Shown: positions 1-13,379, counted from the stretch's first letter. The stretch: DNA of 64,000 nt from Octopus sinensis (GCF_006345805.1 NC_043008.1:12276001-12340000), one strand, 5' to 3'. The notes: a model not told the origin generated them from the sequence alone. Program-made: numbers and translations.

Positions 1-90
1 TCAAATCACTTGCTATGCAAGTACATCTCCTATATATATATATATATATATATCAGTTTACAATATATGTATGTATGTATGTGTGTGTGT

Positions 91-302
91 ATATGTTTGT
101 GTGTCTGTGTTTGTCCCCCCAACATCACTTGACAATTGATGCTGCTGTGTTTACGTCCCCGTAACTTAGCGATTCGGCAAAAGAGACTGATAGAATAAGT
201 ACTAGGCTTACAAAGAATAAATCCTGGGGTCAATTTGCTCGACTAAAGGTGGTGCTCCAGCATGGCCACAGTCAAATGACTGAAACAAGTAAAAGAGTAA
301 TA
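91..302 (+). mobile_element. SINE family A, 3' half
   Basis: tgtttgtccccc...aacttagcgattcggcaaaagagactgatagaataagtactagg...ggtgctccagcatggccacagtcaaatgactgaaacaagtaaaagag; this block recurs >15 times in the window. Confidence 0.85.
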
Positions 303-380
303 GAGTGCATATGTATGTATGTTTTGGGGGATGTAAAGGGGAGATGTGTTTCATCATTATCATTATTTAGAGCCCTTAAT

Positions 381-598
381 GTGGTGAGCTGGCAGAATTG
401 TTAGCACACTTTGTGGAAAATGCTCAGCAGCATTTTGTCCATCGTTACATTGTGAGTTCAAATTCCACTGAGGTCAGCTTTGCCTTTTATCCTTTCGGGG
501 TCAATAAAATAAGAACCAGTTTAGTACTGGGGTTGATGTAATTGACTTATAAGCTCTCCTGAAACTGCTGGCCTTCTGATAAAATGTGGAATCCTTAT
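381..598 (+). mobile_element. SINE family B (tRNA-like head, Meta-domain-like core)
   Basis: ggtgagctggcagaattgttagc...gagttcaaattcc (box B)...gctttgccttttatcctttcggggtcaataaaataag; matches other B copies. Confidence 0.8.
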
Positions 599-1172
599 AT
601 AGAGTCCATGTTCTATGCTGGTATGGGCTGGTTGGTTTGATAGGGTCCAATGGGCCCAGCAACTGTACTGGGCTTAAGTATTTGCTTTAACATGGCTTCT
701 CTGGCTAATACGAACCCCTTTATGGCATGCATGGGTGTTTTTTTTTCTCTTGCCGCCAACTCTAATGACATTGCCATGTAGCATGCAAGACTACGAACCC
801 CAAGAGGGGCAATGTTATGCAAGGAAGATGAGGAGTAGAAAGGGGTAAAGTATGAGAGAAAAGGGCCAAACAGAACATATGTGTTTCTGTTGCAAGAGCT
901 ACGTGACTACTTACATTTTACAAAACAGGATGAGAGTGATTAGGTGGGGCTGGAAAGTGATAAAAATAGCAGGGATTATATGTCAGGGTGGACCTTTAAG
1001 ATACGAGGTGGGTAAGAACAGGGTAGAGGGAGCAATAGCTGTCAGTTATCTGCTTAAAGATACCCACATGCATATCTGTCATTGACTGCGCATGAATTTC
1101 TGCCTTGGTTTGAATGTATTTGTGCTCATATATGTTAAGAATTGTCTATAAGATTCTGTGAGGGTGTATATA

Positions 1173-1664
1173 TCTTTATATATAAAAGTGAAGTTGTGTG
1201 TCTGTCTCCTACGATTTAGATTCCTAACTACTCCCACATTTTGCGGTGCAGTTTAACCAAAACCGGGTATCTTATAGTTGTGATTCATATCGTGCCCTTC
1301 TGGGTATTAGCGCATGTCTACGATGAGTCTACGATTTAAAAAACATTTACCATCATTTTTTCCATTTTAATGCATTTTTTCGCTATTATATAAGGGAAGT
1401 AACTCTCTAAAAATGTCTACAATGAGTCAACGATTTAAAAAAAATTACCATCATTTTTTCCATTTTAATGCATTTTTTCGCTATTATATAAGGGAAGTAA
1501 CTCTCTAAAAATGTCTACAATGAGTCAACGATTTAAAAAAAAATTACCATCATTTTTTTCCATTTTTAATTCATTTTTTTGCTACTTTTTGGCTATAACT
1601 CTCTAAAAATGCTTATATAGTTATTTCCCTTACAAACCCGAGCAACGCCGGGCAATACTGCTAG
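1173..1664 (+). mobile_element. Non-autonomous Helitron with internal ~97 bp tandem repeat (x3)
   Basis: 5' TC(tttatatataaaagtgaagttg), 3' hairpin cccgagcaacgccggg then CTAG, inserted between A1172 and T1665. Confidence 0.8.
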
Positions 1665-2037
1665 TTTCATATATATATGTAAAGAGATAAGTGTGTACAT
1701 ATATGTTTCATGTATGTATATTTATATAAATATGTGAATGGAGATAAAACTCTAGCAGCAGGTACTTTTTTTGTTCTCTGCTATTATGAGTCGTTTTGTC
1801 TGATAAAACAATAACTAATTTCTTTATGTCTGATGGTTTGAGAGGTAGAAGTATGGGAGGCACGTATTCTTATAATTTTGGTTAGAAAAATCTGCATGTT
1901 ACATCCAGGGTAGCAGTTCTGTTTCTGCATTTGGAAGAATCAAAAGAAATAAAAAGAAAAATCTCTTTTCTCTAATGTTGTAAATGTTGAAAAATGTATC
2001 AAGTAGGAAGAAAGTAAAAAAAAAAAAACAGAATTTA

Positions 2038-2039
<2 letters not shown>

Positions 2040-2081
<42 letters not shown>

Positions 2082-2403
2082 GAAGATTAAGCTATCACTG
2101 AAATAACAGGAAGTATATTAATAAATACATAAAAATTGTGATATTAGATTGAAAGATAGAAAAAGAAAATAGAAATGTGAAAGATTATTATTAGGCAAGC
2201 TGATTATGAAATATCTCTTTATGTCAGACAAAATGGCTACAGCAGTTTTGGTTCGTAAGAAATATTAATTAAAAAAATAATAAATATGAGAAAATATCTT
2301 TGAACTATCAATTGTTCGATGTGTTCTTTTTTCTCATGACATGTACTTCTCACTCTTTTTCTCTTTCTCTCTCTCTCTCTCTCAATTTCTCTCTCTCTCA
2401 ATG

Positions 2404-2435
<32 letters not shown>

Positions 2436-2492
2436 CCTCTCTCAATTTCTCTCTCTCAATCTCTTCATCTCTCTCTCTCTCTCTCTCTCACT
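2040..2492. repeat. (AG)n tract (2040-2078) and compound (CT)n tract (~2345-2492)
   Basis: directly visible dinucleotide runs. Confidence 0.95.
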
Positions 2493-3373
2493 TGAAACAA
2501 TGACTATCTTGTCAATGGTTTTGATCCTCTTCTAGAATTTAGTTCTTTTACATTTTTTGTTCTATTTTTGTATTTTCTTCTTTTTATCTCCTTGTTTTTT
2601 TTGTATCTTTCTTTTCTATTTCATTTCTTTCTTTCTTTCTTTTGTTTTCTCTCATTCGCGTTTTTTTTTTTGGTTTTTTGCATTTCTTAGTTCTTTCATT
2701 TATTTTACAATCCATGGATTCATACACGAATGTATTCACACACACACACACACACACATCTCTCTCTCTCTTCTCTCCATAAACACCACCACCACCACCG
2801 CCCCTGCTGCCACTACCACCGCTGCCACCACCATCACTGCCACCTGTCTATCCATTTAAAAATTTAATTTCTCAGTTACACAGTGGGACGAAATAATCCT
2901 ATCCTAGCCACATGTAGAGATATATGACATCGTACTACCTTAACGATACCCTTTAGAAAAACCAATTTCACGATGCACCAGATGTTACCACTAATATAAT
3001 TTTAGGATAAATCAGTAGTTAACGACATACTTTAATTGTCTACATTTCATTATAATACATATTGCTTGACCTGAATGAAACATACTTTCTTTTATTCTCT
3101 AGATCAATCACTTCATAAGAATTCAGATTTCTTGGGTTTTTATCTAGAAAAATTGACTTGTGATGGATATAGGTTGATAATGTCTTGTTTATGGAATTGG
3201 TGAAGCAATAGTGGTTTACAATTGACTTTATCGTTGCTTCCTTGTCAATGAATTTGGGTCAATAAGAATATAGTTGGGATGTGTGTATGCATATGTTTTC
3301 TTTCCTCTTGTGTTAATTATTGTGTTAATAACTCAGGTCCATGCATAAGCACTTGAGATACAAAAACTGAGTT

Positions 3374-3595
3374 TCAATTGTTGGCATTTAAACTGTATTC
3401 GACCAAAATATTCTAACTGTTTTATATAAAAACCAGCCAGATCAGGCCTTTTACAACTATCTTATAATGTCAGTCTAAAATTAGATTATCACATTATGTT
3501 AATCTTGAAGCTACAAGATTATATATGATTAATTCAATCAATGTGGATAAATAAACATTACGTCTGACATAGTAGTCTGAATGCTAAGAGGTTAA
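3374..3595. mobile_element. Degenerate TTAA-flanked MITE (family M2)
   Basis: right end aatgctaagaggttaa, left end degenerate ttggcatttaaa; internal sequence is the reverse complement of pieces at 11270-11300 and 11555-11606. Confidence 0.55.
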
Positions 3596-3654
3596 TTCAT
3601 TTTGATAGAAGGTTTCTTTCCAGAATCCTCCATAGCTGAAATGTTTTATATGCA

Positions 3655-4346
3655 CATTTTATTTCTTATTTCTTTATTTCCCACAAGGGGCTAAAAATAG
3701 AGGGGACAAACAAGGACAGACAAAGAGATTAAGTTGATTATATCAACCCCAGTGTGTAACTGGTACTTAATTTATCAACCCCAGTGCATAACTGGTACTT
3801 AATTTATTGACCCCAAAAAGATGAAAGGCAAAGTTGACCTCGGTGGAATTTGAACTCAGAACGTAAAGACATGAAATGCTGCAAAGCATTTCGTCCCACA
3901 TGCTAACGTTCCTGCCAGCTCGCCACTTTAAAACAAATACTTTTTTCTATGTTAGGCATAAGGCCTGAAATTTTTGGCGAGGGGGCCAGTTGATTAGATC
4001 AACCCCAGTACACAACTGGTACTTAATTTATCGACCCCCACCCCGAAAGGATGAAAGGCAAAGTCGACCTTGGTGAAATTTGAACTAAGAACATAAAGAG
4101 AGATGAAATACCTATTTCTTTACTACCCACAAGGGGCTAAACACAGAGAGGACAAACAAGGACAGACAAATGGATTAAGTCGATTATATCGACCCCAGTG
4201 CGTAACTGGTACTTATTTTAATTGACCCCAAAAGGATGAAAGGCAAAGTTGACCTCGGCGGAATTTGAACCCAGAACGTAACGGCAGATGAAATACCGCT
4301 CAGCATTTTGCCTGGCGTGCTAACGATTCTGCCAGCTCACCACCTT
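3655..4346 (-). mobile_element. SINE family B cluster / head-to-tail multimer
   Basis: repeated blocks aaggcaaagtcgacctcggcggaatttgaac, with tail/head junction gaaatacctatttctttactacccac at ~4104-4130. Confidence 0.85.
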
Positions 4347-5738
4347 GTAGAAAGTTATAATGGTAATACAAATAACTAAGAGTAGTAACCATTTATGCTG
4401 CTACTAACTTTGATGACAAAATATTTTAGCTTAACGATGATTATTGAATGCAATATTTGAAAAGTAGTGGTTTTGGATGTACACTTCAAATTATTGAACA
4501 GAAACTTATGTATTCAGATGATCTGCCAGAAAATTAGAAATAACTCCACTTGTGAACTATTTTTTTTTTTCTTTTATGGTTTCATTAAATATTTGTGTTT
4601 CTAATCTATCGATATTTTACTGTGTACATCACTCAGTGTGCTACGAATCTTATTTGATTTGACTTTATGGTGAAATCTGTCTGACAATTTATTGATATTT
4701 CATTCTTTTTTGCTTGTGAAACTCTGAACAAAAATAATGAAATTTTTCCTTGTTTCCATCAAACATAGTGATATATTTTTGGCATTTTCGTAATCCCACA
4801 TGCCATTACTAATAAGTCATTTTTCAATAAGATACTAAGAGACAAACCAAAACCCCAAAAAAACAAAACAAAAAAAAACCGGAAAGAGATACACATCAAA
4901 ATATACATCAGAATATACGAGCTATATACTACGAGCAACAGAGAGAAGAGTTGCCATCCATTTGTTGAATGAAAAATCAAACTGTGTGTAACTAACGAAT
5001 TATATAAATTGAAAGTTTGAGCTGGAGCAATATAAATTCATTGACTACAATAAAAAAAAAAATGTATTTTCATTAAAAAATAAAAAAAAATTAAAAAGCA
5101 GAATTAATAAAATACAAAAAACGTAGAAGCTTTTTTTTGCAAATATTTTTAGCATTTTATCAATAATAGTGACCAAAATATTTATTATTCTACATATAAG
5201 CTACTGTCATAATTAGTCGAAATAAAATTATATCTTAGTAATTTCATTACATTTTATAGATTTCTTGTAAAAAAAAAGGAATTTACATTAAAAAAAAAAA
5301 TTGTTTTATATAATGCTCTTACGTTGCTTACAATTAAACCATTCATGCAAATAGCTAAACATAGATGAAAGTACCATAATGGTTTCCCCACATATATACA
5401 TGTGAGTGTGTGTGTGTCTGTGTATGTGTGTGTGTGTGGATATATATACGTGTATATGCATAATACAAAATACAGAGTCTTTAAATAACTCATTTCTTCT
5501 ATTGATTTCCTTGTTCATGCCGATTTTGTGAATATAAAATATCTACGTCTACTTTATCCTATTATTTTGAGAACTGTAATGTACGTCTGAGGGAGAGTTT
5601 AGCTGGTAATTTTAGCAGGTCAAGTAATGCTTTTGAGGCCTCCTTGCTTAATATCAATGCTATTGCTGGTGGTTGTCTTTATGCTTGCGTTGAAATGGTT
5701 CATAGATTTCGTGTACGTGCATGATATATATTTTAAGA

Positions 5739-5799
5739 ACCCATGCTAACATGGAAAACAGACGTTAAATGATGATGATGATGATGATGATGATGGTGG

Positions 5800-5886
<87 letters not shown>

Positions 5887-5893
5887 TGATGAT
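5739..5893 (+). repeat. SINE D / RTE 3' tail expanded into (GAT)n(GAC)n microsatellite
   Basis: acccatgctaacatggaaaacagacgttaaat followed by ~40 triplets. Confidence 0.85.
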
Positions 5894-6003
5894 AATTATA
5901 GGGACAAGCATGGCTGTGTGGTGAGACATTGGTTTCTCAACCACATGGTTCCATGTTCAGTGCCACAGCATGGTACCTTTGGTAAGCATCTTCTACTAAA
6001 GCT

Positions 6004-6623
6004 TAAAAAATAATTCTTTTCTACTCTGGGCACAAGGCCCGAAATTTATTGGGAGGGGGACTAGTCAGTTAGATCAACCCAAGTATACAACTGGTACTCA
6101 ATTTATTGACACCGAATGGATGAAAGGCAAAGTCGACCTCAGTGGAATTTGAACTCAGAACATAATGATAGATAAAATACCACTAAGCATTTTACCCAGC
6201 TTGCTAACGTTTCTTATTTCTTTATTGACCACAAGGGACTAAACTTAGAGGAGACAAACAAGGAAAGACAAAGGGATTAAATCGATTACATTGATCCCAG
6301 TGCGTAACTGGTACTTAATTTATCGACCCCGAAAGGCAAAGTCGACCTCGGCGGAATTTGAACTCAGAACATAACGGCAGACAAAATACCTATTTCTTTA
6401 CTACCCACAAGGGGCTAAACACAGAGAGGATAAACAAGGACAGACAAACGGATTAAGTCGATTATATCGACCCTAATGCGTAACTGGTACTTATTTAATC
6501 GACCCCAAAAGGATGAAAGGCAAAGTCGACCTCAGCAGAATTTGAACTCAGAACGTAACGGCAGATAAATTACTGCTGAGCATTTCACTTGGCGTGCTAA
6601 CAATTCTGCCAGCTCGCCGCCTT
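6004..6623 (-). mobile_element. SINE family B trimer
   Basis: three successive aaggcaaagtcgacctc...gaatttgaactcagaac blocks joined through acaaggg tails. Confidence 0.85.
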
Positions 6624-6934
6624 CAACCTTAAAAAATAATGAGAGGATGTGGTTAGTATATCTACAGGTTGTAGAGTACACTGGGTTTATTTGTTAATAT
6701 CGGTTTCAAATTTTAGCTCAAGGCCAGCAATTTCAGGGTAGGGGATAAGTCAATTAAACCACCCCCCACTGCTTAACTGGTGCTTATTTTATCGATCCTA
6801 AACGGTAAAGTTGACCTCAGCAGAAACTGAATCTAGAATAGGAGAGTATTGTAGTTCACTGGAAGCATTGTGTATTGTTTGTTAAATGAAACGTGTCTGG
6901 AATGGTACAACAATGCAGAGTGGATTATAATAAC

Positions 6935-7275
6935 TCTTATAAGTTAATTATTCATTGTCTGGTATAATATTTTGGAATAGAAAAATTCCTTCTTCGGATA
7001 TTGTTAGGAATTGATCGAGTCACTGCTATAATTGATTTTCCAACGGTTACTGATATTTTTTTTCGGAAGCGTCTCTGTATGGTCTCACAAAGCTCCTTCT
7101 GGAATTCCTCTTGAGAAGTGCACGAGGGCAGCCATCTGCCCTCACCTTGAGAAGTGCATGAGGCTCGAGTGTGTTGCCACATCCACAGTGCTGCTTTTAA
7201 GTTATGTATTATACGTGCCTTTTTTTTCATAATACATGAACATGTTACTAGAAATGAACTTACACGCATCCGAAG
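6935..7275 (-). mobile_element. Penelope-like terminal-repeat fragment (family G) with degenerate hammerhead at 6962-7001
   Basis: reverse-complement homolog of 60418-60770; minus strand reads atat-ccgaaga-a-ggaat-ttttct-attcc-aaaa-tat-t-ata (U4C and G12A relative to the HHR consensus). Confidence 0.65.
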
Positions 7276-7291
7276 AGGTTTGCATGTTTAG

Positions 7292-8080
7292 TTGAACCTA
7301 GAATGTAAAGATAGATCAAATGCTGCTAAGCATTTTGCCCAGGGTTCTAACTATTCTGCGGGCTCATCACCCTAAAACACTGTATTAATATTACTGTCAA
7401 ATTTTGGTAGAGGGCCAGCAATTTTGTAGGTACATCAATTGCACTGGTCCCACTGTTCAATTGTTACTTAATTCATCAATCCTGGAAGGATAAAATGCAA
7501 GGCCAACCTTAGCAGAATTTGAACTCAGAACACTATAAAGACAGACGAACAGCCGCTAAGCATTTTGCCCAGGGTTCTAACAATTCTGCCAGCTCGCCAC
7601 CCTAAAGCACTGTATTAATATTACCTCCATATTTTGGTACTGGGCCAGCCATTTTGTAGGTACATCAATTGCCCTGGCTCCACTGTTCAATTCTTACTTA
7701 TTTTATCAATCCTGGAATGATAAAATGCAAGGCCACCCTCAGCAGAATTTGAACCCAGAATACTATAAAGACAGACGAAATGATGCTAAGCATTTTGCCC
7801 AGGGTTCTAACAATTCTTTCGGCTCAACACCCTAAAGCACTGTATTAATATTACTTTCATATTTTGGTACAAGGCCAGCAATTTTGTGGGTACATCGATT
7901 GCCCTGGCCCCACTGTTCAATTGTTACTTAATTCATCAATCCTTGAAGGATAAAATGCAAGGCCAACCTCAGCAGAATTTGAACCCGGAATGCTATAAAG
8001 ACAGATGAAATGCCGCTAAGCATTACATCCTGCTTGCTAATGATTCTGCCAGCTCATTTCCCGAGGGCATTGCATTAATA
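7292..8080. repeat. 230-bp tandem array (~3.4 units) built from a SINE B fragment plus flank
   Basis: gctaagcatt anchor at 7325, 7555, 7785, 8015 (period exactly 230). Confidence 0.92.
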
Positions 8081-8852
8081 TTATTACTGGTTGTTAGGGA
8101 AATGGGTATGAAATTTATGGCACAAAAAGAAAGTATATGTTTAGTGTCTGAATTTCAGATATTTACTACAACGAGATGTATAAATCATCAGGAATAGGAA
8201 ATCATGAGAAATGAAGTGGTTCCACACTTAAAATTGTTATAGCAGGTCATGCAACCTTTGAGATTTGCATATATTAACATATAACGAAGCGAAAAAGTTG
8301 AACGTATTTCAAGATTTATCTGAAGAAAAATTTTTGGTCTTACTTCACTCTTTGATATGAAGTTAATGAGTATGCCAGGAGAATACTGGAAGCCCCTTAG
8401 CATTCTGAGCTAAGGCCAACATTTTCAAAATTGAAGGCAAAGCAATTCATTCCGTATGTTGGAACGGTTCCCAAGACCAACCACAAAGCTTATGGTTCTC
8501 ACAACTAATTTTCACATCAGTTCTTCAACAAGTCTTCACTGTAAAAGATTAAACAGCAATAAGCAAACGGTATTAAAGTACATTCTGTGCTGCGTGCAGG
8601 CATAATCGTATATTCATATAAATAACCACACACACACACACGCACACACCACCACCACCACACCACACACAAACACACACACACACACACACACACAAAC
8701 TCTCATGCCACTCACACACACTAACACATACATACATAAACATTTATGTACACATGTACATAGATGTATATTTACATTCACATATAGATAAATACATACA
8801 TATATTTGTATATTATGCATATATGTGCATGTGTGTGTGTATATATGTTTAT

Positions 8853-8962
<110 letters not shown>

Positions 8963-8989
8963 ATATATATACGTGTGTGTGTGTGTGTG

Positions 8990-9233
8990 TGGAGGAGCAT
9001 GGCTTTGTGGTTAGGGTGTCAGCACAATGATCATAAAATTGTGGTTTCGATTCCTGGACCGGGCGGCACATTGTGTTCTTGAGCAAAACACTTCATTTCA
9101 CGTTACTCCAGTCCACTCAGCTGGCAAAAATGAGTAACACTGTGATGGACTGGCGTCCCGTCCAGCTGGGGAACACATACACCATTGAAACCAGGAAACC
9201 GGGCCATGAGCCTGGCTAGGCTTTAAAAGGGCG

Positions 9234-9240
<7 letters not shown>
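8990..9240 (+). mobile_element. SINE family C (tRNA head, V-domain-like gatggactggcgtcccgtccag)
   Basis: tggctttgtggttagg (box A-like), gtttcgattcc (box B); near-identical copies at 46591 and 60862. Confidence 0.85.
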
Positions 9241-9264
<24 letters not shown>

Positions 9265-9839
9265 GAGGATGATGATGATGAAGATGATATATATATGCAT
9301 ATGTATATGCATACATAAGTTGTATAAGATATGGATTTAGAGAATCATTTAGTTATCACACAAAGCTCTTCTTATGGACTCGGCTATCAGACCACATAAT
9401 CCCTTCCATACTGAAAATAATACTACACAAAAGAAAAATGGCTGTAACCCAATGGAAGTTATATGGCAAAATAGATATATACCCACCTCTTGTTCTGTTT
9501 ATGTCTGCTGCTACTCTCACAGCTTAGTTTGCTAATCATTCCATATAAAATATGGCTAAAGGAATATTTTTTCCTCTATTGTGCAAGAATTCCACCCATA
9601 CATGGCACAGCCCTTCTTGCCTCAGTCCAGCATGCATTTATCTTCTGGTTTTGCCATTCATTTCAAATTATATATAATTAAGTTAACTAGTTAGCTGTAA
9701 TTGAGTTATTTTTGGCCTGATGATTAGCTAGTGGAGTACCCCCTCATTGAGTAATTATTACATCAGAGAATCTGTGAGCTAGAAAACACATGTAGCCTGA
9801 ACTTTACCAGCTCCATTCCTTCAATTTGGATTTTTTTCT

Positions 9840-10215
9840 TCCTTTTTTATTTGTTTCAGTTTTTTTTTTTGCTGTGGCCATGCTGGGGGCTTGCCTTGGA
9901 GAATTTTTAATTGAATGGATCATCCCCATGTTTTTTTTGCTAAGTCTGGTACTTATTCTATCGATCTCTTTTACTGAACTGCTAGACTACATGAATGTAA
10001 AAACACCAACACCGGTTGTCAAGCGATGGTGGGGGACAGACACACAGACACAGACACACACACACACACACACAACGGGCTTCTTCCAGTTTCCGTCTAC
10101 AAAGCTTTGGCCAGCCCAATGTTATATCCAAAGACACTTGACCAAGGTACCACACAGTGGGACTGAACTCAGAACCATGTGATTGGGAAGCAAGCTTCTT
10201 ACCACACTGCCTCAC
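9840..10215 (-). mobile_element. SINE family A, near full length
   Basis: reverse complement of head (gtgtggtaagaagcttgc...gttcagtcccac), internal CA tract and 3' half. Confidence 0.85.
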
Positions 10216-10359
10216 CAGCTGCTGTATATAACAGGAATAATTTTCTGCTAGCATTAATCCTGCCTTTCTTCACAGCCATTTCCTGAATTACCTTCCATGA
10301 CCTCCTCAACAGTGGTCTAGTTTTAAAATGTATTATGCCATATCTATTCTCACTTAATC
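10216..10359 (-). CDS. Candidate 144-nt coding exon (unassigned)
   Basis: acceptor (t)10caag|, donor ctg|gtgagg (alternative aag|gtaatt at 10292), phase 1-1, open frame LSENRYGIIHFKTRPLLRRSWKVIQEMAVKKGRINASRKLFLLYTAA; the distal donor overlaps a SINE head. Confidence 0.25.
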
Positions 10360-10908
10360 CTTGAAAAAAAAAAGTATCCTGCTTGTTATACATAAATTTA
10401 TTTGGATATTAGTAGTTCGTTAAACATTAAATTAACATTAAAGTCTCTCTTAAGAATGATGCAAAAATTCATTAAAGAAAATACGAAGAATTTTAAACAA
10501 TTTATTGAAATTGATTTTAACATCCTCTATTTGTATGGCTCCGATAACAGTTTTGGAAAATTATGCAGAGGGATGTGAATGTGCATAATTTCACAAAACA
10601 GGAAAATTTAAAACAATTTTCTCCGTTGTATTTGTTTGAGGTATTTAGTTGAATTAATAGATGCAAAGAAAATTTGATGTAAATATTAAATTAGGTTGTG
10701 AGATTTAGCGGCAACATTGTGTGTTAGCTATGCTGCGAGATATGGAATGTTTAAAACTTAGAGCGTGTCTATAAATCCGCATGAAAATAAGACTGGCCTT
10801 TTACAGGGTTAATAACGATACAAAATCGTAATTTACCTTTCTGAGGGATTAAATCAATTATAAAAATTTAAAACATAAAATTAACAAAATGTTTAATCCT
10901 TTAGCACT

Positions 10909-11245
10909 GAGAGTATGGTTTAGTGGTCAGAGCATTGGGCACACAATCATGAGTTACAGAGTTCAATTCCTGGACTAGGCTATGTGTTGTGTTCTTGAGC
11001 AAGACACTTTATTTCATGTTGCTCCACCCCACTCAGCTGTAGAAATGAGTTGTGACATCACTGGTGCCAAGCTGTATCTGCCTTTGCCTTTCCCTTGGAT
11101 AACATCGGTGTTATAGAGAAGGGAGACTGGTATGCATGGGCGACTTCTGGTCTTTCATAAACAACCTTGCTCAGACTTGTGCCTTGGAGGGGAACTTTCT
11201 GGGTGCAATTCCATGGCCAGTGATGACCGAAGGAGGCCTTTACCT
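10909..11245 (+). mobile_element. SINE family C2 (C-type head, long tail ending gaccgaagg)
   Basis: tggtttagtggtcagagc...gttcaattcctggac...ttgtgttcttgagcaagacac; homologs at 16410 and 57345. Confidence 0.85.
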
Positions 11246-11299
11246 TTTATCTTATACTCTGTCAAATGTAATACTTGATGTCTTGCAAACAACTTGCAC

Positions 11300-11551
11300 A
11301 TGCAAGTGCTACCAGTCAAGAACTCTGCATACCGGAAGCCAGCAAGTGTATGGGGTCATCAGGAGAGAATGCGTACTGTTTTGGGGCCTATCTCTTGATG
11401 GCATCAATGCGCACCTGCCTCCCTCACTGATATGAGGCCCCGCTTGCTAGATCGGCTGGTTATCAAATAAAGCTCAATATTCTTCTAGCCATCACTCATT
11501 GGCTCTTTTTAACCAAATCCAGTGGCTAGCCTTCTCCACTTCTTCACATCA
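11300..11551 (-). mobile_element. HERO-like (RLE-clade) non-LTR retrotransposon 3' end
   Basis: minus frame EVEKASHWIWLKRANE*WLEEY* resembles the HERO C-terminal AAEKASRWLWIKR motif (recalled, not searched); 3' UTR follows. Confidence 0.65.
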
Positions 11552-12061
11552 TTTAAAATAAATCATACATTATTTCATAGCCTTGAGATTTCAATGATGT
11601 GATTCCCACCATGGATGGGGTATTTACCATTTTTTATGTCACCTGTTCTTTTGAGGTCATCATGCAGTTTACAGGACTACAAATTCTGGAGGTTGTGGAG
11701 GTGGAGGTCAACTTCATGCTAGGGTATGATGGGATTACTATGAAAAGGGGTGGGTAGAACAGGTTTTCATAGAGGGTATACATGGCTACTCACTTAATGT
11801 AGGGGGGAAGGAAAAAGTGAGGGATAAAGAATGATCAGTAGGAGCTGCAAGAGAGAGATAATGGCAATGAAATACCCAGGTGACCCCACAAGGCAGAAAC
11901 TGAGTAGAGGTGTGTGGACAGGTGGGTAGGTGGTTTGCAAGATTGTATGGGAAAGCGACAGAGGGTACAGGGACAGACTATGAAGATGAGTAGGGTTGAT
12001 CACATTCAAATGGTGCTTTTTATGTGCCACTGGCACGGGACCAGTCAGGTGGCACTGCAAT

Positions 12062-12093
<32 letters not shown>

Positions 12094-12562
12094 ACTTCTT
12101 CCAGTTTTCCATCAATAAAATCTACTCAGAAAGGCTTTGGTTGGCCCATGACATTTACCCAAGGTGCCCTGCAGTGGGACTGAACCTGGACTCATGCGAT
12201 TAGGAAGCAAGCTTCTTACCACACAGCCATGCCTATATAATTTTATTTCTTTTTAATAAGCTGCAGCTTCAAAGTGAGAAAAGTCTTATTGGGGACTTCA
12301 TGATGAGTGATTTGTCTGTGTGAAGCATTATCAGAAATATCGGTATTGTTTGGTAGTTACGGTAAAACTAATTCGATTTGAAGTACAAAGATTATCTGAT
12401 ATTTTGAACGGCGATGATTTAAACTCAACTGGTTGCTTTCCATTGGAGCAACGATGAAGAGATATTCTGGAAATTTCTGACAGTCATGAGAATTACTTCA
12501 TGGCCTATAATCTTTAAGCTGCAAAGCAGATTATAAATTATTGCAGTGAAATAAAACCCCTC

Positions 12563-12840
12563 ATCATCATCATCATCATCATCATCATTTAGCGTCCGTT
12601 TTCCATGCTAGCATGGGTTGGACGGTTCAACTGGGGTCTGGGGAGCCTGAAGGCTGCACCAGGCCAGTCAGATCTGGCAGTGTTTCTACAGCTGGATGCC
12701 CTTCCTAACGCCAACCACTCCGAGAGTGTAGTGGGTGATTTTATGTGCCACCGACACAGGTGCCAGACGAGGCTGGCGAACGGCCACGCTCGGATGATGT
12801 TTTTATGTGCCACCGACACAGGTGCCAGATGAGGCTGGCG
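12563..12840 (-). mobile_element. SINE family D (RTE-type tail) with internal ~55-bp repeats
   Basis: (cat)n ttagcgtccgttttccatgctagcatgggttggacgg...ggatgcccttcctaacgccaaccac; two tttatgtgccaccgacacaggtgccag units. Confidence 0.85.
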
Positions 12841-13379
12841 AAAAACAAAAAAAAAAAACTCCCAAAAATAAACCAAAAAAGAAACCCGAAATATATACAG
12901 ATACGAGCAAGTAGATTCTCCATTTGCGATGTTTGAGGGCTTTGTGATAGGGGAAAACTTAAGAGTTTGATATTTTTCTATTCAGTTGTATTTATCGATT
13001 CATCTTTCAAGAACACACACATTTACATAAATTTTATTCAAAGTGAAACTATATAATACATTTGTTGAAAAAAAAAAAAAAAAACCAACAAAATGGTTGT
13101 TGCCGCTGCTGCTTAGAATTGTATTGCGAATTGTGAGGGTGTATTGTTCGGAGTTTCTCTGATCAATGTACTAGAATATATAATGTGACATAATGGGAAT
13201 TGTAACAAGGCAACACACTTTCATATCACCGTTTCTCTATGTTCGATACAGAAGAATACTCGCTTGAAAGAAGTAATTAAATTCATAAAAATACTAATCT
13301 ATATTATTCTTTAATGAAACATAGCATGTTGCTATGAAAATCTGTTGGAAAATACATCCATATTCTATATATATTTGCT

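Larger units (their letters stand above)
10894..11606. mobile_element. MITE M2 remnant split by two later insertions
   Basis: ttaatcctttagca end at ~10894, continuation atactctgtcaaatgtaatac at ~11264 and aaatcatacattatttcatagccttgagatttcaatgatgtgatt at ~11558. Confidence 0.55.

Noticed and set aside
3102-3198. Plus-strand exon candidate DQSLHKNSDFLGFYLEKLTCDGYRLIMSCLWN (similar candidates at ~35666-35740 and ~25590-25640)
   Set aside because: Acceptors are good, but donors are weak or absent, GC3 is low and there is no homology cue; insufficient support.
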